A stretch of 44,452 nt of DNA from Octopus bimaculoides. Lineage: Eukaryota. The notes under the pieces were generated by a model, which saw nothing but the letters and a program-made list of their open reading frames with translations, was not told the origin of the DNA and searched no databases. The position numbers and the translations under genes are program-made. The stretch covers positions 104,154,305 to 104,198,756 of the forward strand of contig NC_068984.1 in assembly GCF_001194135.2 (NCBI RefSeq), read 5' to 3'. Below are positions 10,150 to 21,700 of this stretch, piece after piece. Within the stretch, counting starts at the first letter, position 1, and each line of letters starts with the position of its first letter.

Positions 10150-13100
10150 ACAGATTTAAGTGAAGTAAATAGCATAAAACGACGAAACACCATATTTAAT
10201 TTACGAGTCCACTATTATTGCCATGGTTACGCAGTTAATCGAAATTTTTAAAATTGTACAATAAACATGTATCATATTTTTTATCCGTCAAAATAATGTG
10301 AAAAACAAATAAAGATTGCTTTAAAAGTGAAATCCTTTTAAATTTGGAAGGTCATTTACAACGAGCTCATGAGCACAGTTCATAGCTACGGAATAACAGC
10401 CGAAAATATCCGAAGTGCTAAAGCTAGATATTTAAATATTAATTATCATTATGATTATTTACATTAAATTTTAGAAAATGTGTCCTTGGCATGTGAGATT
10501 TTAAAATTCAATAGCAGACAAAGAAAACGAGAGTCGTATACTTTAATTTCATTATTTTCTTCTTCGCGAAAGAGTATTCGATAATTTCCGGAAGATAAGA
10601 TGATTGGGGTTTACATTTTGTTGTAAGCGGGGGGTCTATCCTGCGCAAAATCTTTCCCAATTCTACCGAACTGCGCAGACTTGCATGTGCTGGGTAGGAA
10701 GTTATCTTATGAAAATTTAGTAAGTAACTAATTATTATTACTTTCTACATTGATAAAATGTCTGGTTTGGCTTTGAACATTTCTCGGTTGAGGTTTAGTT
10801 TGCTTGAAACTAAAAGAAGATAATCTAAGCTAGATGCTAATTAGTTTATTTCTAAATTCAGTGTAATAATTCTGAAGTGAAATGCAGCCAAATCCTTTTA
10901 GAAATGGGGACATGCTGAGTTTCATTAGTCTAATACACTTTCATTTATAATATATGTTACATTATATATATTCTCGGAAATGTTAAAATTTAGTCAGAAT
11001 TAATAATTTGAACGTTAGTTTCGAATACTTCGAATTAGATTCTTATCTATGGTTTCTGATGTCCACTTTACTTTGGCGGAAATATTTAACAAGCCATGCT
11101 TTAACCTTTTTTCCGCTGTTTGCGATTTTTACGTCGCCGATTCCTTATTTACCGATGTCTTTTTGTTGTCCAAACTGCAATTTGTCCTCTATATTCTTGT
11201 ATTAGAGTGATAGTGATGTCTTATAAGTCTAATTAAATATCCAAATGCAGTAACCTACAACCATAAACGTCGATTGAATCAAATTGTAAGAAAATAGTAG
11301 TTAACCATGGTAGAAACTTGTGGCTATATCTTGTCTGACATTGTTTATTGAGATTACTTCACCGTTTACCATTTTTTAATATATTTGATCTATCTCAGAT
11401 ATTTCTCTATTTTAACAAATCTTAATTAGAAACTCTGGTTAGCAAAAAGAGGGAAGAAAGAAAAAAAATCTCTGAAATTTGAACAAGAAATAGCGCCAAT
11501 TGTAATAGTTTAGCTTTTCTGTAATACTCTGACTTCTTTTTTTTATTTAAAACAAAGAAACGTTGTTAATTAAAATTGACCCTAATGAGTTGTGATGATC
11601 ATAATAAGGGGAGAAACGTTGGCCAAAAATGGTGCCCGCTCTTTTGTTCGTATTGAAGATAAAACAGTTGTTTAAATAAGCGAACAAAAGCTGCAATTTT
11701 TTTGGTATCAAGTTATTAACGCTGAATACATATTTCGTATTCACTGTGAACTGTTTGGATTAGAAAGCGTTTGGGCAAAGAAATTCTATGATAATTTCTG
11801 TATTGAAAACATGTGGCGACAATAAAGGACATTGTAGCAGTTTTAAAGGTTTACTACTGCTGTTGGTATTATTGGACGCAATATAATGTCTTTATTAATT
11901 CTATATTGTTATTATTTTACCGAAACCTTCCTTTTAATAAGAAAATTCTAAATTAGCTAATGTCAGCTTTAATCTTGTCTATGTATTAACCTTACTTATG
12001 TTTCTGTAGCGTTTGAAACTGATGTGATTTCTTCTTACTATCCTTGGCTATTTACCATTATTTCTTCTTCCTTGACCATTCCTATATATATAGTTGTTTC
12101 CAGTAGACACCTCCATCGTTTTTGCTCTGATTTTAATAGGTTGGTGACGGCGGCGGCAATGACGGTCGGGGTTCTATCTCTAATATTTCTTGTCGCTTCG
12201 TCTTCTCTCTAGAAGCTTCTGTTGTCCATTTAGATCGATTCAGTCGCCGTCTTTCTTTTCAAACATTTTCTTCTCCCCATCTTTTATTACCGACAAAATG
12301 GAGGATTTCAAGCTAGTGTTTTTTTTTTTCTTCTCCCATTTATCGTTTTCAATATAAAAATCACTTGTGTTCCTGTCGGCAACTCCCTGCTTCAATGATT
12401 AGTGTTATATTGTTACGTTCATTCTCCGTTGTAATTTAACATTTACCATACAAACTCCATTGGGCGATACCCAGCATTTTTTATTGGCTTTTTTCTAGAC
12501 TCTGGATAAATTAAATTTTACAATTGCTTTATAGAGACCCTGTAACTAGAATAAATTATTGCATTTAAATCAAAGGACATTGAAATTGTAAAATTATTGC
12601 GAATAATACTTTTTTTCTCGTTATCATCACCATCTTGATAGTGAAAATATTATTTGCTTGAAATGAAGTCAAAATGTTTGGAATTTATGTAAGGTTTTTT
12701 GTGTGTAATTTAGTAAGTTTTTGTTGAGAATCGCCTCACGTGGCCGTCGTCGTCTTCCCTCGGCATTTTTACTCTCCGATATTGTTGGCATTTTTATTAA
12801 ATATTTTGATTCATTTTACTGTAATTTTTTTTACATAAATTTCCTGATAAATGACTTATACCTACAAATGCTTCATACATTTCAAAAAATTCTTTTCTTT
12901 TACTTTATTCGTTTTAAAATGTTGAAATTTAAACATTTTATGTCAAGTAAAATTTGTTTTAACATTGAAAATAATTATATATTGTGGAAATTAAATAGCC
13001 TTTAGACCTGTCCAAATCACCTAAAATTCTTAAATCAAAGTATTTTAAATAAGTACTCTGAAATATATTTCACTTGTATGATGGAGTTTGTATTTAATGT

Positions 13101-13650
13101 GTGTACAGTTTTCAATGAGATGAATAATGATATATAATCTGTATATACAGATATATATAATATATACACCCCTCGTGCTTCATTTTGTAGCTAATCTGAT
13201 CGACAGTCCGTAAAACAGCAAGTGCTTTGATGAGGCGAAATTGAAATAGACTTTTTATATACCATTCGTCATTTTTTAACATGGCTTTTATTGATCTTTT
13301 TGTTTTTTGTTGTTTAGTTTTTGTTAAAACGTAAAAAAAATTGTGTGCATAAAGTAATGATGCAGTCTTGTCGGTGAAAGGTAAAAATTAAATTTCTTAA
13401 ATACTGTTTCTTTGTGGATTTTCGTATATAAATATCACAAGTTTCTATTCGATCGTAAACTGACATGGTAATAAATAAACGTTAATACTGAAAGTTTTCC
13501 GAGTAATAATGGTAAAATTTTATTTACTTCCTATATGAAATCCAGTTAAGGAGTCAGGGATGTTTCACTTTGTGAACTGCTATATTATAGTATATGCAAT
13601 TTTATTTGTTTAACCCTAGGTAAAATTTAAGCCGTCGCCATTCTGGTTTT
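10150..13650. promoter_or_regulatory. CpG-retaining promoter zone upstream of G3BP, possibly bidirectional
   Basis: CpG is visibly common here and scarce in the flanks. Motifs: TTCGCGAA 10563-70, ETS CCGGAAG 10588-94, TGCGCA at 10642 and 10672, YY1-like CAAAATGG 12294 and CGCCAT 13636, E-box CACGTG 12737-42. Confidence 0.6.
13170..13380 (+). other. Putative non-coding 5' leader exon of G3BP (5' boundary uncertain)
   Basis: AAG|GTAAAA donor at 13380/13381 near the end of the CpG zone. The first coding exon has an acceptor upstream of its ATG, so a leader exon is needed. Confidence 0.4.
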
Positions 13651-16600
13651 CTTTTACTGTATGAAGCTAAATGAGGTTTTTGTGATTGAGGTAGACTTGG
13701 GGGTTTCTTAATTTGGGGGAGGGGGGTTCTGGCATATGAGTGGAATAACATAAGGATAAGCTGATTCAATAAACTCTCCTAATGAAAGGGAATAAAACTA
13801 GTATCAACCTGTACTTGTATTTTCTGTTCTCCTTGAGCTTTGGGCTTGCTGCAAGAAAGACACCATTTCACATTTGGATTAAAACTTAATGTAATTCTCT
13901 ATTTTTGATGACAGTCTCAGAAACTTCGTTCTAAACTCTTGTCAACTGGAGATTTGAAATAACCGGACTCTATGATAAAAAGAATTTTTTTTTAAAACTA
14001 GTCTACTATTCCCACAGGGAATAGTAACCATTTTAAACTTTAATGGGTTTTAGTAATAAATAAATTCTAAGCAATATTTTCTCTCTGCATATGTTAGACA
14101 TAAACAAAGATCTATTGTATGGGGGAAATTTTTCTGTCATTGTCACGATCTATATTTTAGTGGATTTTTTTTTCATGGCCTCTTAACTGCATGAACTAAA
14201 TAATAGTTTACGTAAATGGAAAGCTTATTGAAAGGGGAAAAAATTGTTTTATATTAATTTTAGTGCAGCAGATTACAGCCCATCCTTACATACAGTAGAC
14301 TGTTTCTAAATTTGATATTTTCTAATTGTTAAATGCAGGATGTATTACAAACCATCAATGTCCAGTCAATTTGTCATCAATTTTTTTTCCATTCTCTGTG
14401 TGGTCTTTCTAAGTGGCTATCAATAAGAATTTTTTCATTTCAGCGTAATCTAATTACTTTCGTTTTTACATTTCATTGTTTTTTTAAAAAATTCTAAGTT
14501 AATGCTTTAAGGCAGGAGAAAAAAATTTCCGTCTGAAGATTGTTTCAAAATAGTTTAATCTACAGATATGAAAGGTGTCAAAGGTTGAGTCAGTGAAAAT
14601 GGGCAAAGTTGATACTGTCTCGTAATTTTAATTTCATTCTTTATAAGTAGAAGTGCATAAAATATTATAAATAGAATTGCTTCGACAATGTAAAACATTG
14701 TTGTTAAAACTGATACATTATAATTTGCTCACTCATTTGTGTTGAAGCCAAGTTTTCCAATATTGTTGTTTATTAATCTAAATATAAACAAGACTCTACA
14801 AATCTAGGCGATGAGTCGACCTGTATATTAACACTCGACCTGCTAAAAATACTAGCTAAATTTCCCACATTACACATATCTGTCTTTACAGGGTAGATAG
14901 GACACATTAGATAATGTAGTTCAAGATACACTGTTAAAGGAAATGGGATGGTCACAGAAGGAATACTCGGATTGTGGTTTTTTTAGTGTTCATCTTCAAC
15001 TAAATGACAATCTCAACAGCTAGCAAGATAGACTACGGTGCAAGCTTTCAGCTGCAAATTAAGTTTTTGTTTATTTGGTATTTTTATGTTAACCATAATG
15101 TTGACTAGTTCTCTATTTTATAACTGTGAAGGATTATATATTTTCAGTTAGGCCTGTTTTGACTTGAAATTGTATCTTAGCTTTGATATTGCAATATATG
15201 AAGAGGGGTAAAACACATCTTAAACAATTTCCTGTTTAGATCATTTTCTTTGGCTTCTATCATCCAGTAATGCTAAGATTTTTATTATCTGTACTCCAGT
15301 ATATTTTTTCAATGGTGAAGCTTCTTTATTGCCAAGACCATAATACTAATACACAAAGAACACTAGTTTTTCAATAATTAGCTTAATATCTCATAAACTC
15401 CTTGAATGTTGTTTCTCATTGTAAACTAATGCCACTTTAAATAATATAACCAAAAAGCTATCCAGCATAGGGAAATCACATTTCTTCAATATTGTCAAAA
15501 CAATAACAAAAGCTAAAAACTTTGGCTCTTTAGAATCAATATTCTTCAGTTTAAAATTGTCTGCTTACCTTGTCATGCACATTTTCTACTTGGTCTTTTC
15601 TGTCACATTTTTGCCTATCAAATTGAATTCTATTTTTTAATATATATTGTTCAATCCACTTGTCTCTTTCATTTAGTTTTTAGCATTCAAGGGAAATATT
15701 GCATTAGAAAATTTTGTACCTTTTTGAACTGGTAGAGTTGTGTTGTTTAATGGAGAAATACCAAAATAGGAATTTGAACTTGAATAAGTGCAATTAAAAA
15801 TATGTAAAAAGTTTGAAATTTGTTGCTTAACAAATGTTTCTTTTTCTAGATATAGATGCTTTTATCATCTAAGTTCTAGAATTGATCTGTTTTTATATTT
15901 GTTGCTGTTGTTTTTTGTTTAATGTAACAAATTCAACATTTTGGTAGAATTTGTTGAAATGTTAGCTCTGACTTCTAATTATTTCTAATATTTAATTTGA
16001 AGAAAAACTTAGACAAAGCAGTTTTCATTTGTCTACATGCAACACAGTTTTCTATTGAACTGGTATTTACCAAATGGATCTATTCACTTAATTTTTTTCC
16101 TAATTTAAAAAAAATGCCTTCTATATTAGTACTTTTGAAAGAGTATGCAAAAACAAACATACTTGTATTCTAAATTCAGCCCATCAATTTTTGTGCTTAT
16201 TTGGTTTTTCTGGCTCCCCTCTATCCATAAATGGAATTTCCTTGTCACATATCTATCTGCTTACTCTGAGGACCTTAAATATTCCAATTAGTATCTTGTC
16301 AATGAATGTTATATTTTTTTGCATACATTTTAAAGAACAGCCTATTACTTTGCAGGCTCAAACTTCTTAAAGGCTTTGTTTTTGTTTTGTAACCATAGTA
16401 TTTGGAAGTTATTGTAACCTTATTCTAGCAGCAGTAGAACGTTGGTGGTAGATGTAATTACTTTCTGGTTCGATATAACAACCTGGGTTTTGGGGACTGT
16501 TAATAGAATTTACTCTGAAAACATTCAATCCAGGTGTGCAAATAACTGAATATCTTGATGCACTGATTCCTATAGTTGCTGGTTTCTATCAGCAACAAAA

Positions 16601-17859
16601 AAATTTTTTTTGCTTTATTCAGATTATGATGAATAAATTTAGAGAAATTTTTCTTGATTTGATTTCATCTAGGTATCTATTTTTAAATTGAGTACAAAAA
16701 GATGAGTGAAAGGGTAAAAATCTCAGAATTTTGAGTTATTTTAAAATTTGAATTTTAAAGGTTATTGGGGAGGTGCAACATTTGCCTGAGACTGCGTTTG
16801 TTCTGATTCAGGCTCCTTGTTTTTAAGTTTAAACAGTATTTGTCAAAATTTTACGTTAATTTATTAAAATCATTATTTTAAAAATAATTTGAAACAAAGG
16901 TAGTCTCTTTCAACAGAAATATAGTAACAAAAGAGTTACTAGGAAACTAAATGTGGGTGTGATTTCTTCAATAGGTTAAATGTTGAAGGGAAATGTGAAG
17001 TATTTGCAACACAATATTATGATGAGAGCTTAGTTAACATTTTCTTGATTTAGTCAAAAACATTAAGGTTTACTATTGCCAGAACCATTATATTTTGAAC
17101 TGAAAAGGTATTTCAACTACCCAAATGCAAATTAATGTATCTGCAATACATGTAATTGAAAGTTACATGTATAGCAGATACATTTAGAAGAAAGTTATGT
17201 AACCCTTTTGACACCAACCTGCCTGGCATAACCACTCCTTCTATGATACAAACTTCCCGTTTTTAAAGTTTTCTGAATTAAAACCCTTAATCAAAATTTC
17301 ATGTTAATTTATGTTCCAAATACCAGCTTAATGAAAATTTTATTTTACTAAAATCCTCAGTTTTCAAAATTAATTGGAACAGTCAATGGGGTTTCAAAAG
17401 AAATAAGGTAACAAGGAGGGGGTTAACTGAAATATTCCATCTTCTGAAGATAAATTATAGTCTGTTTTGTACTTATCTAGCAATGTTATAGAAATCTAAA
17501 TTTTGTGAATGTTTGTTTCTGTTTAAAATTATGTCCACTTTCTATTTGATTATCCATTTATACTTCTTTCAAAATTGAATGCCAATCCTGCACCCTGTCT
17601 TTCTTTATGATTTTATAAAATTTTTGTTGTAGGTACATCCCTTTCTTGAATATATTTTTTAAAACTGAAAAACTTCCGATTCATTACATCATTTTTAGAA
17701 TCCTGTTCTGTATACAGCCATATTGAAAAGATGTGAATTGTTATGTAACATTTTCTATGAAGTACAGTGTCTGAAATAAGTTTCTGGTCTGTTCATAGTA
17801 TGTGCTCAAGTTATATTGATTAGAAATAGAACCATACCATACTATAGATACTATATTTA

Positions 17860-17995
17860 GTCTGTTGGTCCTCCACCCTTCCATGTCAAGCATGGGTCAG
17901 TCTCTATTGAGGCAAATTTTCTACTGCTGGATGCCCTTCCTGTTGCCAACCTTCATTTTGTTTCCAAGCAGAGTAGTATTTTCCCATGATCAGGT
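17860..17995 (+). mobile_element. SINE-like fragment (GGATGCCCTTCC...GCCAACC family)
   Basis: Related copies at ~30780-30910 and, reversed, near 42925-42960 (GGAAGGGTATCCAGCTGTAGAAA). Confidence 0.6.
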
Positions 17996-18094
17996 ATGTT
18001 TTTGGAAAATATTGGACATTTATAGCAGTGACATTCATTTGGAATATATGATGTCGTTACAAAAGAAACTGATCATATGTTTTTGTGTCTTGAC

Positions 18095-18230
18095 AGTTTG
18101 TTTCCCAAATCTGGTCAAAAGATTTGAAAAGCCTGGGGTTATATAGTTGAAGACACCCACAGTGTCATGTAGCAGGATTGAGCCTGAAACCATGTAGTTA
18201 AGAAACAAACTTCCCAACTATGCCTGTGCC
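18095..18230 (+). mobile_element. SINE-like fragment, family of 98-232
   Basis: GAAGACAC...GAAACCATGTAGTT..GAAACAAACTT similarity. Confidence 0.5.
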
Positions 18231-18552
18231 AATAAGTCTATGGACTTGGCATATGAAATTATTGTGGTTAGATAGAATCTGACTAGATGGATACTACATT
18301 AAGCTTGTAGATATTGCATATGAAATTTTGTGTGTGTGTATGTGAGGCCAGTTGTTAGCAATTCTGTCAAACTCATAATACATGAATAAGAAATCTAAAA
18401 TATCAGCTGCTCCAGTTGTGTGTTTCTAATGATATTGTTGAGTTAAAATTTAAAGCAATTATTTATAAGATGCAAGAAATAAAATAAGCCATTTTAACTA
18501 CTGGAAGTTTAAATAAATTCATATTTTGATCTCTTGGTTGTATATTTTATAT

Positions 18553-18589
<37 letters not shown>

Positions 18590-18611
18590 TTTAAGATTAA
18601 CCTGAACAGAA

Positions 18612-18706
18612 ATGGTCATGGAAGAACCCTGTCCACAGTGGGTTGGCCGAGAGTTTGTCCGGCAGTATTACACCATTATGAACGAAGCCCCAAACTTTTT
18701 GCACAG
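18612..18706 (+). CDS. G3BP: G3BP coding exon 1
   Basis: [31 protein letters not shown](R); donor AG|GTAAAA; preceded by a 29-nt poly-T tract and AG acceptors ending at 18595 and 18609. Confidence 0.96.
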
Positions 18707-21700
18707 GTAAAAATTAAATTATTCTTTGCTACATTTGATTTTGTTGAGATGGTTATCCTTCAACTATTAAATTAAAAATTCTGCTGGTGACATATGGTTG
18801 GGCTTGGTTTCTTCTGATGAGAAACTTAATTCTAAGTACAGATTCAGAGAGATACTCACATTCTCAATTGATGGTCTTGCATGAAATTTGTTTTTGATTT
18901 GACACACTGCTGAAAAACTTATTCCCAATGGTTTTTTAAAAAATCAAAATAGAGGGATTAAACTTAACCCTAGAATATCAGAATTGTGTTAGGGCGGGAG
19001 TTTCAAAAAATATCTTTAGCCCCAGAATCCTTTATAAATTTGGTATTAAATCTAAAAGAGATTCAAATGATTTGATAATCACTTCACTTATATCAGGAAA
19101 ATAGGAATCTAATTCATTGTGTAGTGAAGCAGTATTTTTGACATTAAACATAATGACCTGTCTTTTTTTGTTCCACAATTCTAATCTGTAATGGTTACAA
19201 GGTTGTTAACTGCATTGAGTTATAAGAAAATATCAAGTAGGGCAGCTTTGCATTTCACTTGTTATCTGCAAACTTGATTGCTTTATCCTATTTTCTTCAA
19301 AAGAATTTGTTCATTTCATCAGTGAAATGTCTTTTCAGAGCCATCTCACTTCTGTGAGATACACACCCGAATCATGCACTGCATTTTTTAAAAATCAGGG
19401 TTGACATTTGACACTGTTGCTAAGAAACCAAATCTACAACCCAGCATTGCACGAGTTTCATGAGTTGTGTACTCAATGTGCAGAAGACCTTTTTATTGCA
19501 AAGAGAAAGATACCTACTTACCTTGAGTTGTACTCTCCAAGGCTTGTTATGCAAGAATTCTTCAAACACCAGTTTTTTTGTTTGTTTGTTTTTAAAGCTT
19601 ATACAAAAAGCTAATCTTCAAGTAATATGTCATGGGCTTGTTAGAAATGGAACTTCTCTTTGTATTGATATCATCATCATCATCATCATCATCAGTCAGA
19701 AATAATTTGACAAATAGTTATCATTTGACAGTAGCAGAGTTTAAGACAAATCAAATTTGAAGGATTCACTTTCTGATCTTTGCTGTAAGTACTTGGGGAT
19801 GAAAAACTAAATATTTTAGTAATTAACTGGACTGAAAACAGAACAAGTCGGTATTTCATATTGATCTTTTAAAACATAGGGTTTCAATTTATTTTAAAAA
19901 TATGTTACTTTTAATCAACACGTTTTTCAATTAAATTGTATATTGTAAGTCTGAAACTGCTTGCCAAGGTTTGTTGGCCTCTGACTGGTGCAAAAGAAAA
20001 CTTGAAATTCGTCAAATGACTGTGCTATGTATAGTGATGCCACTTGGGTTTACAAAATATAGGCATTGCAAGCTGGTTGTGATTACTTAAAGATTCTAGT
20101 GTTTTTTTGACAAACCTCAAATGGTGCTTCTTGAAGTGCAAGTATCTTGGTTTGAGAATGTCTTTGTTCCAACTTCATATACAAATATTCATATTGATGT
20201 TATTCGACAAGAGGGAAATATTGATATAAACTGCTTGAAAACAATGCTCTTTACACAGGCTTGTTGTTGGCCTTAGTTTAAATTTTGTCATTGAATACAA
20301 TGTCAGAATAGTTAAGAATTTTTGTCTTTTTATTCTATAGAAAACTTGATTGTAAGATTTTTATAGATAAGTTTTAGTTGAGGTGGGATTTTACAGCTGC
20401 ATGCTGTTACCATTGCAAAATTTTCTGTTTTCAAATAAGGGATATTTTTATTCTATGGATCTTTAAGCATTCAGATTACTGTCTAATATAATCATATTTA
20501 TTTACATTATTTCAAATTAATCATGCATTATCTTGTAGCTTCCAGATTTCAATGATGTGTTTATTTTTACAGTGACATTGTTGGGTAGTTGTGAGAAGTT
20601 AGACATGGTCAGTTTGAACATAAAACAAGTAGAATATTTGGGCTGGATATGGCCAGTTTAAGTGCTGAAGGGTTAAATATAGAATGACTGGTCATAATGT
20701 CAACAGGGAATTTAAACCTCACTATTTGCTCAAGCAGTGACAAGTCACAGAATATCTACATACAGACACACACAAACAGATTTCAGTTTCTCTCAACTAA
20801 ATTCACTCAAGGCAATGGTAGGATTAGGACTATGCACAACACTTACTCTAGGTGTGCCATGCTGTGGAACTGGACTTGAAACCACATAGTTGCAAAATGA
20901 ATTAACCACACACAACAACCAAACTTATGTTCATTTATGCTTCTTAAAATATTTACAAGCTGATAATGACATCTAAATGGACCTCACTAAATAAATTGTT
21001 TTAAAAAATTACTTTCCATGAAAAACAGTTTTTATATCTAAAGTAAAAAATATATATTTGTGATAGTGAGTTAATGAGAAAGATGAAAGTAAAATTGAAA
21101 CAGCCTAACATAACCTCTTTGTAATACTAACATTATAAAAGCAGTATTGCCTCTTTTTCACTAAAGGAGCCTTTACACCAGTGGTTCTCAACCAGGGTCC
21201 AGATAAGATTTTCAGGGATTCACAGTATTTTTTTAAGGGCATCTGAAAAAATTTTGCTTTTCATGTATGTATTGCAAGATACAGCTGTTTCTTTCTCTAA
21301 CATTTTACATAGTTCAACCTACACAAGTTAATGTGTGAAAAAAATTTTTTTTTGAAAGAAGTTTCTATAAAACTAGTTTTTAAACATTGAATGGCTACAG
21401 GGTCCACCAGATTAAAATAGTAATCAGAGGAGTACATAGATAAAAAAATGGTTGAGAACCCCTGCTATACACAGTTGAGGCCAAAATACAACCTGGTAGC
21501 TGTAAAAAAAAAAAAAAAAATTGAATTATGTTCAAGTATGCTCATATGTCTGAAAAAATAGTTGAATAAAATATTTTTCACCTTGTCTGCTTGCTCAAGC
21601 CTGGTTTGGTGGGTAATCAGTAAGCTGAACTCATTCGTTTTGTAAAAGAATGATGGCAATAAAATAGTAACTGGATGTTTTCTATTTTATATATGGAATT

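Noticed and set aside
11643-11664. TTTGTTCG matches the miR-375 seed
   Set aside because: The rest of the sequence does not resemble miR-375, and the seed would lie on the wrong arm.
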